Below are positions 1 to 12,562 of a stretch of DNA of 64,000 nucleotides, in pieces (position 1 is the stretch's first letter; each line of letters opens with the position of its first letter). A program made the translations under genes and the position numbers. Where the stretch lies: NCBI GenBank assembly GCA_951406725.2, contig OX597827.1, positions 47,430,001 through 47,494,000 on the forward strand, read 5' to 3'. The DNA comes from Octopus vulgaris. Its lineage: Eukaryota. Below the pieces are notes generated by a model. The model searched no databases and was not told the origin of the DNA. It saw only the letters and a program-made list of their open reading frames with translations.

Positions 1-211
1 AATCTAAGGGCCTATGGAAGATTGGCTTGATTTAATTTAATCAGGTTAGTTTACCATTAAACAAGAGATGAAACGGTGCATCGTATAAGAAATTACAGGG
101 TAAATGTTTTTTTAATTTTCTCCTGGTTTGCGGAATTAATGTTATTTTGCGGTTAAAGCTTTGGCTGTTATTTCTAGTGGGTGAATGGCCTATTATGGCC
201 GTTCCTTGATT

Positions 212-270
<59 letters not shown>

Positions 271-2718
271 TACTCATTATTATTTAATTGAACGTGACAC
301 ATCCATTGCCAAGTAAGTTCATCGTTTATCTTCACCTTCTTGCTGCCATTCTCTGCTCTATACAGTTTTGTTTCTCCATCCTTCTCTAATTCTCACCGTT
401 TTCTATCTGTCTCTCTCTCCCCTCTTTCTCTTTTACTCTCTCTCTTTCTCTCGTTGCTCACACGTGACTATCGTCCATCTTACTTTTCCTCACGTGACCA
501 TCTTTCTTTTTCCTACACGGACGTTTAAAAGAACGGACGTGTTTTTTCTCTCTCCCTTCTATGAGAGAGCGAGAGAGAGAAAGAGAGGGAGAGAACGAGA
601 ATTAGAGATAGACATTCATAGATATAGACACATATGCATATGTATGTGTGTGTATATATATATGAACATATGCACGTATATGAGCTTATGTTGCAAGAAC
701 GTTAATTTTGGATGTCACCTACAGCTCGCACCTGACGTATTACCATATATCGGATACAGCATGACCTAATTTTTAAGAATTTCTTTCGTAGTCCCATGGT
801 CTCTGATGCCCTTCTGTAATATCTTGGGCAGGTGACTTTCAGTATTGCTTCATGTCAACACAAACATGTGTGTTAAAAATTTATGAGTTGTAAAACTGTA
901 CCGAAGCCTATTGGATAAATTATACCTGTAATACAATAATTTGGCCTTGGCACAAAATGTGTCCCGCAGATTCTGCCTGAGGATTAAGAGTGCACCTGTT
1001 CGTGGAATAGTCAATCCTTCAGTAAGCTGTTAATCTTATTCATAGAACAACTGTTTCCTCAATGTCGAACCATTGGCGATGGCATTATTACTATAATAGA
1101 AAAAGATTATAAAAATCAAAATGAGCGAGTAACTAAAAGGTGTATCCGGATTTGATTCCCGTTTAAAATATGTTAATTTATTTTATAAAGCATGTGGCCG
1201 TCCATTGCAATTTTCCATATTTTCGGTAAAATATAGCAAATAAGTATAAATATGAATGAGATTTATGGGGAATAAAACAAACGTCTTCACAAAAATAGGA
1301 GATAAAAATATTCAGCAAAAAGAAAAAAAAAGAAGTAGTAAGGTTGATGACTTCATTATTCCAATATTTCTAACCCGAATATTTCAGAATTAAATATTTA
1401 GCAATAGATGTTGGGAACTTCTAAAAGAACTTCCATACTCCTGAGTGAAAGCATCAGTAACATTGATTGATAGAGCGTGTTGCATTGGATATTTCAAAAT
1501 TTTCAATGGAGACACGTAGACATTTACTATCCATTATCTCTGAAGCCAGACAGACATATATGCAAATTATAGATTTCCGGGCGAACGTTAAAACGTACGT
1601 GGTTTAACGATTCGTATTTACTTCATTCTCACAGGGTTTTGGACAAATACTATCGAAAGATTTAATGTGCTTTCTAGAAGTTCATGCCTTTGAATAAAAA
1701 CGTATTGTGAGACTGGGGACATTTCTATTGATACAAATTTTGCTTATAGAAACAGCAATTGCTTCTCCATGAGAATATATTGTTTATATCACAACATAGA
1801 AAGTGTTATTAACCCTTTCTGCTTGACAATACATGAATCAAAATAAGTCTTTGACAGAATTTGTCGATTTTCTTGCGAAAAATGAATGTGAAAAACAAAC
1901 AAAAAAAATCTCAAAGATATAATCTTCAAAGAAACACAGCTTATATTATCATAATTGGTTGAATTGGACGAAATTTGCGAGGAATTTAGAAACGAAAGTG
2001 TGCCAATGGCGGGTTTTATATCCATTTGACGGAGCTGAACATGTAAACCTCATCGGATTATTTATTCTGTCGTATTCACGAACGGGCGCATGATTAGCAT
2101 TCCTCAGAGGCCGTGTCGTAGGAATTAAAGCAAAAAAACGAAAGTTTACTGCATGGAATAGATAACAGATAACTTTCAGGCTGCTTGATTTTAACTTAAA
2201 TTTGACATTCAATCAAAATACACTCAAATATTTTATCATAAATTCTGAATTTATCTCAGACTGTCTTAGAACATAAAGCCATAATCTATGGTATCCACAT
2301 TCGATTCCTTTTTCTACGTAACTTTGGCAACTTTCATCTGTTATTTCAAGTCATTTCTAAACCTTTAGCGCGTCGCTGTCAGAATTAGTGGACGCACGGA
2401 TTGTCTCCCTTATAGCTGCAGGCGCCAGCTTCGTGTCGCCTTGAGAGGGCTATTTCAAGTTTCGCAATTCAAAATCTACTTACCATTCAAAATAGCGCAA
2501 AACGTCCGTTTTCGGATGCCTTTTGCATTGTGATGCAATCGCCAAGAGTGAATTTTATATAAAATCTAATAATAACTAACCTTCATAACGCGAGACGATG
2601 TCTTCAGTTGAGACTAAAGCGTCTGAAGTAGCGTGCGAAATTTTACGTCTACAACACATACGGCATATCAGATGTTGTCGCTCTCTCTTTCCATATATAC
2701 ATGCGCACAGACACACAG

Positions 2719-2777
<59 letters not shown>

Positions 2778-3394
2778 CATATATGTATGTATGTGTGTGT
2801 GTGTGTGTGTGTGTATGTGGTAATATAAGTAACTTAGGGAAGTCGATATAGAAAAAATATTAAATAGATTTAATACAAAAAATATACATATGTTTGCGTA
2901 TAAAAAGATCCGAGTTACACAGAATAGAAATGATATCAGGAATTAAAGGAGCTGAATTAAATGAAATAAAACTCTTATTCAAACCCCTTTAATTACGTAG
3001 CTGTGAGTCGTTTTATTATAACCCAGTTTCTCGTGTAGACGAGTAGGGAACAACAACTACCAAAATGTATTCCAGTCGAAATAAGCAAAACGAAGATTAG
3101 AAAACGAGGTACATTTTGATGTGTCACCTGTGATCCACTACAACTGTTTGCACACCATCTTACTCTCAAGGCACTGGTGCACGTTTGGCCGAAATGGTCG
3201 TAGTGAATAATAAAGAGTTTTGTAAATTCCATTTTCTTTCTCTCATATTTTTAAAATTCTCTACAGAATCGAAGCAACTCCTGATGTAAATAAAATAACA
3301 TTTAAAGCCATATTGTTGATGACATCAGGTAGCCGAATACAGAGGACAGGATTTAAACGGTATACTACAATCTGTATGCCCAAATTTCAAAATA

Positions 3395-3439
<45 letters not shown>

Positions 3440-3583
3440 AACACACACACACACACATATACATACATACACACATACATACATACATATATATATAACT
3501 TAGAATAACTTAGAAAGGTTTTTGGCCAGTATTGGCCCAGGCCATGTCTAACTTAATAGCACCACCTGGCGAAGTCTTTCAGT

Positions 3584-6500
3584 TCAGGATTTGGGCACCA
3601 AGGCCCATTCGAGCAGAGAGTTATTGTTTGCGGAGACATATCCGGGTGTGGATGGTTTGTCCGGTACTGTTTGAAGGAATTTGTCCAAAGACTTCTTGAA
3701 TTTTGTGTGGTCAGTTTCTTTTTTGACGTGTCCTGGTGTAATGTTGAAGAGAGCGGGTCCAATTGAGGTGAAATAGTTGTGCCGTATTGTCGTTATGTGA
3801 TGCGATTTAGATTTTTGTTGTGGACGGATGGCACGTGGTCCAAGCCTTGGATGCATTTTGAAGGTGATGCCAACATCATTCGGACAGTGCTGATGGAATA
3901 TTTTCCACATCATACAGATAATGTAGCGTTCACGGCGTCGTTGGAGTGAATACAATTTCAGCTTCTCTAGTCTACCCCAGTAGTCAAGGTCTGACATGCC
4001 ATCTATCTTTTTTGTGATTGACCTTTGGGGAGCTTCAATTCTCATAATATTTTGTTTTGTGTAAGGAGACCACAGTGGACAGCAGTATTCAAGGTGGGGT
4101 CGGGCAAAAGTGGAGAAGAGAAGGATAATAGCGTGGGAATCTCTCGACTGGAAGGTTCTGAGAATCCAGGAACACATTCTGCGGGCCATGTCAACTTTGC
4201 TGCTTATATGTGTAGCCCAGCTTATGTTGTTGTCCACTGTTACTCCCAGGTCTCTGATGTTGTTGGATGCCATGAGAATTTCTCCAGAAGGAAGAGAGTA
4301 TGGGAGTTTCAGAGCGTCCTCCCTTCCAAAGTGGATCAGTTCGAATTTGTCTTCATTTAGCAACATGTTATTCTTTTCCGCCCATTGGACAACAGCTAGT
4401 AGGTCTGACTGAAGGTTTATTCGGTCATCCACGCCATTGATGACCTTCTGGAGCTTGGAATCATCAGCGAAGGTTCTGATGTTGCTGTGTTTGATGGTGT
4501 CAGTAATATCATTTATGTAGATGATGAAGAGAAGTGGGCCCAACACAGTGCCTTGTGGGACACCACTGCTGACTTTGGCTGGGCTGGATTTGACTCCTTC
4601 GACTACAACATGTTGGGTTCTGTTAGAGAGGAAGCACTTGATCCATTGCAGCAGCTTTCCAGTGACACCAATATTGGACAGCTTTCTCAGAAGGATCTTA
4701 TGATCAACCCTGTCAAAGGCCTTGCTGAAATCAAGGTAGATGACATCAGTGTTGGAACCCTCTCCCAAGGCTCTCAAAATGTCATCAAAATGATGCAGTA
4801 GCTGCGTCAGGCAATCTCTCCCATTACGGAATCCATGCTGGTTGGGGTTCAGCATATTATGACTCTCAAGGAAGTGAGTCATACGCGATCTCAGCACCCT
4901 CTCAAATACCTTGATGATATGAGAGGTGAGTGAGATTGGACGGTAATTCACGGCAAGCGATTTGTTTCCTTTTTTGAAAACTGGGACAACAGACTGGGAT
5001 AGAAGGTCTTCTGGTATATATCCAGCATCCAATGAGTTCCGCCACAGATTGGCTAGAGGGGGTGCAAGTTGGTTTTGACACATCTTCAAGACACAAGCAG
5101 GGAACCTATCGGGACCTACTGCTGAATTATGCTTCATTTCCTTTATTGCTGCTAAGACATCAGGAGCGCCAAATGTTATGTCCGATAAAGTGTATTGGGG
5201 AGTAACATCACTGATACAGCCCAGATCAGTCATATCAGGATTGCTGAAAACAGAGCAATATTGTTTCTGCAATATTTCTCCCATGGTTTTGGCATTGTCT
5301 TGAAGAATACCATTTTCATCAATCAGAGGGCCAACAGTAGAACCAGTGACTCTGTGTTTTTTTGCAAATGAAAAGAACACTTTGGGATTGAGTTTGATCT
5401 TCTCAATGGCCCAGGCCTCTTCAGCTCTTCGCTGACTATTGATGATAGACATCATGTTGTTTTGGAGTTTATGTTTTTTAATCTCTAGCGACGAGATGGC
5501 AGTCAGGTTGGTGTGTTGCTGTTGACAGTATTTCAGCATGTTGATCTTTTTGTTGATTCTTTTAATTTTCCTTATGAGAGATTTTCTATTTCTAGGGATT
5601 CGACACTTAGATTTGTTTGCAGATCTTAATGGGGTGTGTCTTGCACATATGTTCGTGATGGTGTCTACAAGTGACTGCCAGGACTTTTTGATGTTAGTGG
5701 GTGTGTATGTGTGCGTGAAGGACCAATCGACTTGTGCAAGATCATTATTGATCGCTTCCCAGTTTGCATTGTGGAAATCCATAGTGTCAAATGGATGAAC
5801 AGGAGGGATGACATTTGTTTTGCATTTTGGCCAGTGAAATCTCAGATCACAGAGAACCATGTCATGGTCGGAGAGTAGGGTTTTCTCCACTGCAATATTG
5901 TGGATAGTATCAGTGTGATTGCTGAAAATTAAGTCTAAGACGTTTTTGTGACATCTCGTTGGTTCGAGTACCAGTTGGGACAAGAAGAAGTCATCCATGA
6001 AGTCAAGAAGCGATTCCACTGCCTCCCTGTCAGGGGTTGAGAGAGAAGAACCTGGCGACAGACTGTTTGTAGACCAGTCAACCCCGGGAAGGTTGAAATC
6101 TCCCATCATTAAAATGTTGTCAGGTTGACACTGCTGAATGAAACACTTTATGCTGTTGAGGCATTCCTTGAAGCATGGTAGGGGCGTTTGGGGTGGTCTG
6201 TAGAGCCCAACTACTGTTAAGTTGTTGGTTTGACTGAATACAGCGACTGCTTCGCAGTATCCATTCGAAAATATGTTCATGGCTTCTGTTGAGAATGAAT
6301 CATGGACATAAATGGCAGTCCCACCCTTTCTTCTGCCAACACGATCAGCACGAATGGTTTTGAAATTTTTAACTTTCACCTCGGCTTCCAAGTGGAGGTC
6401 ACTAAGATGGGTTTCAGTGAGGACGAAGAAAGGGATGTGGTTTGGATGGGCCTCGACCCAGTCCTCCAGGAATCTTATCTTCCATTTTTGTGTATTGGTG

Positions 6501-6601
6501 GAAGGGCTGATGCCTTGGGCATTAAGCAGAAATGTTGAGGCGAGAGTGGATGGTTTTAATTGTTTTGGTGATTTGTTTATTTGATTGCTTTTTAATGGCA
6601 T
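3584..6601 (-). CDS. LINE ORF2: APE-type endonuclease plus reverse transcriptase (1005 aa)
   Basis: APE motifs LNAQG, TETH, GLYRPP, GDFNLP, VLDLIF, SDH. RT motifs NYRPISLTS, QHGFR, LDFSKAFD, GVPQGTVLGPLLF, FADD. CR1-like C-terminus LEYCCPLWSP, LYSLQRRRER, FKKSLDKFL. Confidence 0.96.
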   Translation of the reverse strand: MPLKSNQINKSPKQLKPSTLASTFLLNAQGISPSTNTQKWKIRFLEDWVEAHPNHIPFFVLTETHLSDLHLEAEVKVKNFKTIRADRVGRRKGGTAIYVHDSFSTEAMNIFSNGYCEAVAVFSQTNNLTVVGLYRPPQTPLPCFKECLNSIKCFIQQCQPDNILMMGDFNLPGVDWSTNSLSPGSSLSTPDREAVESLLDFMDDFFLSQLVLEPTRCHKNVLDLIFSNHTDTIHNIAVEKTLLSDHDMVLCDLRFHWPKCKTNVIPPVHPFDTMDFHNANWEAINNDLAQVDWSFTHTYTPTNIKKSWQSLVDTITNICARHTPLRSANKSKCRIPRNRKSLIRKIKRINKKINMLKYCQQQHTNLTAISSLEIKKHKLQNNMMSIINSQRRAEEAWAIEKIKLNPKVFFSFAKKHRVTGSTVGPLIDENGILQDNAKTMGEILQKQYCSVFSNPDMTDLGCISDVTPQYTLSDITFGAPDVLAAIKEMKHNSAVGPDRFPACVLKMCQNQLAPPLANLWRNSLDAGYIPEDLLSQSVVPVFKKGNKSLAVNYRPISLTSHIIKVFERVLRSRMTHFLESHNMLNPNQHGFRNGRDCLTQLLHHFDDILRALGEGSNTDVIYLDFSKAFDRVDHKILLRKLSNIGVTGKLLQWIKCFLSNRTQHVVVEGVKSSPAKVSSGVPQGTVLGPLLFIIYINDITDTIKHSNIRTFADDSKLQKVINGVDDRINLQSDLLAVVQWAEKNNMLLNEDKFELIHFGREDALKLPYSLPSGEILMASNNIRDLGVTVDNNISWATHISSKVDMARRMCSWILRTFQSRDSHAIILLFSTFARPHLEYCCPLWSPYTKQNIMRIEAPQRSITKKIDGMSDLDYWGRLEKLKLYSLQRRRERYIICMMWKIFHQHCPNDVGITFKMHPRLGPRAIRPQQKSKSHHITTIRHNYFTSIGPALFNITPGHVKKETDHTKFKKSLDKFLQTVPDKPSTPGYVSANNNSLLEWALVPKS

Positions 6602-7821
6602 GTGTAGTGGGGTAATATTGGTGGATGGCGGTGGGTGATAGCTCGGATGTTTTTTTCCAGTTCTTTTGCTAGATTCATTATAGCTAAAAAAGAGGAAGAA
6701 GAGGTGGTTTCCTGTCTAGGGAACCGCAGGTGACTGTGGCCGCGGCTATTTTTATGTGAGTGGTTATCTTTAAATGTCCGACGAGTCCCCGGGAGATGGG
6801 TAAAGGGGCAATCCCTGTGCAAACACAATCTGTCTCGCTGGGAATAGCGGCAGATTTGGGGATTCCTTGTTTGAGATATTGGTGGTTGTGGTGATGTTGT
6901 ATTATGGTGGTTGCTGTTGTAGTTTGTGGGGATAGAGCGTTTTGTTCCAGGTAAATGGGTGAATTTGCAGTCTCTATCAGTGCACAGTCTATGGCGAAGA
7001 GAATATCGGCAAATGATGGGGTTTCGAGTGGGTGTGTAGGTGCGTGTATGTGTGTGAGCTGTGAAAGGTGTAGATGATAGTTTGAAGTTTTGGCGACCTT
7101 TGTGACCTGTAGGAGGTAAATTCCTTGAGATAGCATTAGTAGTAGTAGCTGTAGTAGTAGTAGTAGTAGTAGGTAGAAGAGATGTTGACGGTGGTAATGA
7201 TTGAGGAGGTCGATTCCAAGACAAAGATGTTTGTCGATATATAGTGGGAGTAGTACTAGTAGTAGTAAGCAGAGGAGATGGTGTTGACAATGATGATGAT
7301 TGAGCTGCTGGGGCAGTGAAAGGAAGGGGTGGTGCTTCCTGCTGTGTGACCCTGATGACTGGGGGGTCAATCGTTTCATTTAGCAAATCGGCCATTGTAG
7401 ATGAATCAAGGAGTGGTTCATCCTGTTGTTGTTGTTGAGGTTGTTGTTGTTGCCTCTGAGGTTGTTGCTGCTGAAGTTGTTGTTGTTGCTGTACCTGTTG
7501 TTGTTGTTGTTGTTGCCGCTGAGTTTGTTGTTGTTGAGGTTGTTGTTGTTGTTGTTGCGCCGGTGATGCGTTCGAAGAGAAAACACATCTCAGTTTATCG
7601 AAGTGTTTATTTATTAATTTAAAAGCAACTTCGATTTGTTTTAATTTATTTTGGATCTGCTGTTCAGATCGAGTTTGCAAATGGTGAACTGTTCGTTTAG
7701 CAATTTCGTTCAGACACGAAGCACCTATGCTCTCTGTTTCGGTAAGGCCATGCCATGTGTTGATAAGAACGTCGACTTCATTATCAGACCAGTTTTTGTT
7801 GGATTTTTGGTGGCTAGCCAT
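6592..7821 (-). CDS. LINE ORF1: Myb/SANT-like N-terminus, polyQ/polyT linker, two CCCH zinc fingers (409 aa)
   Basis: Open frame immediately upstream of ORF2, overlapping it by 10 nt. WSDNEVDVLINTW...RSEQQIQNKLK pattern. Two C-X8-C-X4-C-X3-H motifs at 6955-7011 and 6796-6852. Confidence 0.85.
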   Translation of the reverse strand: MASHQKSNKNWSDNEVDVLINTWHGLTETESIGASCLNEIAKRTVHHLQTRSEQQIQNKLKQIEVAFKLINKHFDKLRCVFSSNASPAQQQQQQPQQQQTQRQQQQQQQVQQQQQLQQQQPQRQQQQPQQQQQDEPLLDSSTMADLLNETIDPPVIRVTQQEAPPLPFTAPAAQSSSLSTPSPLLTTTSTTPTIYRQTSLSWNRPPQSLPPSTSLLPTTTTTTTATTTNAISRNLPPTGHKGRQNFKLSSTPFTAHTHTRTYTPTRNPIICRYSLRHRLCTDRDCKFTHLPGTKRSIPTNYNSNHHNTTSPQPPISQTRNPQICRYSQRDRLCLHRDCPFTHLPGTRRTFKDNHSHKNSRGHSHLRFPRQETTSSSSFLAIMNLAKELEKNIRAITHRHPPILPHYTCH

Positions 7822-8098
7822 TCTGGTTGATATGTTTTATTAAATTTTATTTTGTTCGTTCGTTTTGTTGATTACTTTTAATTATTATTATTATTATTTT
7901 TTTTTTTTAAGGAGAAGTATGTAGAATTGATTGTACAGAATGTTTGTTGTAATACTGAGAAGTTTGTATTTGAATTATGAGCTTGTAGTTATTTTATATT
8001 TCTTTTCTTTTTTTTTTTCCCTCTTTTTCTAATTTTTAATGTGTGGGTGATCCTTTTTTTTTTTCCCTCTTTTTCTAATTTTTAATGTGTGGGTGATC

Positions 8099-8153
<55 letters not shown>

Positions 8154-8188
8154 TAAAAGAGTTTGTATGATTGTGTATAGGGGGATGT

Positions 8189-8865
<677 letters not shown>

Positions 8866-11247
8866 AAAAATATATATATATTCTTTCACTGTAACTTACT
8901 AAATAATAACAAATAACACAGTGGACGCCATTATCATTAATTCCTATGACACAAAAGTGCAGCCGTGCACTGAAGCTATTTTCACAATGATTTCCGAGTT
9001 GCTGCTTTACGCAATAAAAAAAAAACCGCCTTTAATACATTTAATGTATTTTTATTGCATTTGTGAGAGATTTAAAAATTTGCAATAAACATTACTTGAT
9101 TAGATTTCCATGCATTTAGTATTCTGTTTGAATTCACATTTAAAATGAATTATCAAGTATGTAACCTAAGTTCGTGAAGTTCAGTGAAAATATTTCATGT
9201 AAAACCCAGCAGGCTGTATATTTCATGCGAAATAAATTCCTTTGCTTAAGCAATGTTTGAAGTATTCTGTTATTTATGAGGATCCATGAGCAATTACACA
9301 CGAACATAATCTTGCCTACGTCACTACACCGGAACTTGTTATATTGTTCTCACTCTCTCTGTTTTTGTTGTTGGGGGGGGGGGGCGGGGGCGGAATGGTT
9401 AAACGTAAAAAAAGGAACAAACACACATACGCGTACAAAGACACACATGCATAACATATATATGTGTATGTGTTTCTGAGTGCATGTGTGTATGTCGGTG
9501 AGTGTGTGTGTGTTTGAGTTCGAGTGTGTGTTTGTGAGTGTATGTGTGTGAGTGTAGGAGCGTATGTGTTTGTGTGTGCCCGTGTACTTTTATAAAGAGA
9601 TGCGTATATACATAGATATGTATGCATTTATCACTAGAACATGTAAACAAATGTAAATATATTTAAAGGAAAATGTGCCTATACCTACCTCTCTTCTCTC
9701 TCGCTTCTTTCTCTATCCTCTCTCTCTCTCTCTCTAAAGATGTGTGTTTACATGTGCCTTTGTGTGTGTGTGTGTATGCACATATATTGATATTTGTATG
9801 ATATATGCATATATATATAAAACCGCATACATTCAAACACACACATACACAGATGCATATATGTCCTTATATACATACATATATATGTATATATGTATAT
9901 ACATATAAATACATATATACAAGAATATATATATGTATGTGTGTGTTTGTGTGTGTTTGTGTTTGTCTGTTTATGTATGTATGTATATAGTCATACATGT
10001 GTCCCTACATAGGTAAAAAGAAAGGCGAATAAGTAAAATAGAGATTTTAAAAACTGAACAAGCGAGAGAAATGTCATCATACTGGGGTAGGAAAGGTTGT
10101 TTGAAAAGTAATGCCATTTCGAACATACATAAATCTCGACGTACGTCACAGAATACTTAAAGAACGAAATATCGTTATCGTGAAAAAAATACGGCATCAG
10201 GAAGTATATATAAAATATTATCAGCGAATCTAATAAGCATAGGTTAAATGTAAAGATGTGCCTGGCAACCGAAATCAAATCTAAACACATTGAAAAGGAG
10301 CTGCAATAAGTACACTGATCCGCAAAACAAGTACTTGCATATAAATGCATCGTGATAGAGCTAGGCTACAAAAGCTTCGTTGACCTCATTGAGAATCCTG
10401 TTACAGTAACAGAATTTATTGTATGTCGAGATCAGTTGCCATCTACAATAGTCACACAAGATGAAATCTTCATTAGTGCCCGACTAGTCTCGGACACCAT
10501 GGCGTTGATGCGCCTCCTTCCGATGACATCCAGAAACGGTTTTCGACGAGGATCACATCAAAAAAGAAGGAAGCATGAACATAAGGTCCACATGCTTCTC
10601 CAGGATCCACCATGCAGCACATGAATCTGCTGTTCATTTGCCCCACGCATCCGACTCAAATTTCTCCCAAACTCACAACTCATTTCTATCCCTAATACGC
10701 CTTTGGAATAATAATCGATTTGCTACATGAATTCGGTTCCCTTGAATACATCTTATCCCTATGAATGTTTTTTATTCATCTAATCCCGAATAATATGTGC
10801 AAACCAGTCGTTTCTCCTCTTCTGAAAATGGCCGCAAAAGATGAGCATCTTTTCAAGTCGATGATGGAAAGGTGACCTATTTGGTTTGTGTTTATAGGCA
10901 CTAGCTCTGTGTCTCTTCATTTTCTCGGTCAGATGTGAATATGGTATGTTGATGCAGTTATGCGTACACTGGCGCTTACATACACACACTATTACTTACA
11001 CTCAGCCTCTCTCACACACGCACGTATTATATATGTGGAGACATGGTTTGTCGTTAAAAACTTTGCCTTGTAACCATATCATTCTATGTTCCATCTCTCA
11101 GCGGCGCATTTTAAGAAGTATCTTCTACTATAGCTGCATGCGAACCAACAGTTTGTAATTGGATTATGTTGACAGAAATTGTGTTTGCGTCTGTTGCACA
11201 TATATTTACAAACTCATACTCATACACGTCTCTCTCTTTCCCTAAAT

Positions 11248-11357
<110 letters not shown>

Positions 11358-11391
11358 TATATACATCCATACATTTCAGTTTCGGTCAACC

Positions 11392-11980
11392 AAGCTCTGT
11401 AGTAAGAAGCTTGCTTAGCAAACACATGGCTGCAGGTTCAGCCACACTACGTTGTACTTTGGGAAAATGTGTTCTAGTATAATCTCGGGCCGACTAAAAG
11501 TCTTGTCAGTGGATTTGGTTGACCGAAACTGAAAGAAGCCTGTCGTATATATATATAATATTAATTAGAGACAAAACCACTATTTTGCAAATCAAACAAA
11601 GAAAGACTTAATCCAATACATAAAAATTTAATATAAATTAAATAAAATTAAATTCGCCACTACAATTGTTTCATGTCTCTTCAAAGGACATTCATCAGGT
11701 GGATTTCAGATCTAAAAATAATCAAATATATATATATATATACATATGTACGTGTGTGAGTACGTGTGTGTGTATGTGTGTATGTATGTGTGTGTGTGTG
11801 TGTGTATGTGTGTGTGTGTATCTATCTGTGTGTCTCTTTGTGTCTTTGTCTGTCTCCCATCACTGCTTGATAACCGGTCTAGGCGTGTTTATATCCCTGT
11901 AACTTTAACGGTTCAGCAAAAAGACGGATAGAATAAGTACTAGACTTTTAAAAAAAATTTAAATTCCTGGGGTCGATTCA
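11392..11980 (+). mobile_element. SINE family B copy, interrupted by a hammerhead-bearing insert (~11555-11725)
   Basis: Similar to 31918-32370 (GTGGATTTGGT...AAACTGAAAGAAGCCTGTCGTAT; GATAGAATAAGTACT; CCTGGGGTCGAT). Confidence 0.75.
11657..11702 (-). ncRNA. Type I minimal hammerhead ribozyme
   Basis: Minus strand CCAC-CTGATGA-ATGTC-CTTTGAAGA-GACAT-GAA-ACAATTGT-A-GTGG: perfect core, stems I and II fully paired, palindromic stem III, GUA cleavage triplet. Confidence 0.85.
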
Positions 11981-12214
11981 TGCGAGAAATCAGTCGTTAC
12001 CACGAAAAACGCCTGTGGTGGATTCGGATAGTAGAACACAATTGTTATCCAATGTGTAGTTGTTGTTAGGAAGTGCTTTATCGTTGTTTGTCAATTAGTG
12101 ATCAAATTTCTTTGTAAAAAATTTCCCAAATTTATTCTGTAATAATTTTCCACGAAAGGGACTCACTACTCGTTAAATAGGCATTCATTAAGTTTTCTTT
12201 TGTATTTCTTTTGT

Positions 12215-12420
12215 TAGGCGGCGAGCTAGCAAAATCATTAATACATCGGACAAAACGCTTAACCTCATTTCACCCGTCTTTGCTTTCTGAGTTCGTAAAC
12301 CATAAGGTCGGCTTTGATTTTGCTTTCGAGATCAATAAGATAAATACGCTTTGAGCACTGGAGTCAGTTTAATCGAATTCACTCCTCCTATTAAATCACT
12401 AGTCTTGTGCAAAAAATTCA
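12215..12420 (+). mobile_element. Decayed SINE family C copy
   Basis: AGGCGGCGAGCTAGCAAAATCATTA...TTCTGAGTTCG...GTCTTGTGC is similar to the reverse complement of 16486-16877. Confidence 0.6.
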
Positions 12421-12513
12421 AACCAGGATATTTTCCTTTTGGAAATATATTTTAAGTATTTTTTTAAATATTGCGACGAGTAACACCTTAAAATTGCTAT
12501 CTTGACTCATTTT

Positions 12514-12562
<49 letters not shown>

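Larger units (their letters stand above)
3496..8100 (-). mobile_element. Apparently full-length CR1-group non-LTR retrotransposon (LINE)
   Basis: Two uninterrupted ORFs (6592-7821, 3584-6601). Short 3' UTR with a GGCCA-ATAC-TGGCC stem-loop (3524-3537) and a (TTCTAAGTTA)2 tail (3496-3515). Flanked on both sides by (TA)n, so no TSD can be resolved. The 5' boundary is approximate. Confidence 0.93.

Noticed and set aside
3136-3206. CACTAC...GGCCGAAATGGTCGTAGTG as a hammerhead
   Set aside because: Outer pairing and GAAA are present but there is no CTGANGA. It is only an imperfect hairpin.
4025-7622. Plus-strand and alternative-frame ORFs within the LINE
   Set aside because: Shadow frames of ORF1 and ORF2.
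10352-10624. 90-aa ORF as a host exon or transposase
   Set aside because: No recognisable motif in the frames examined and no clear splice context.
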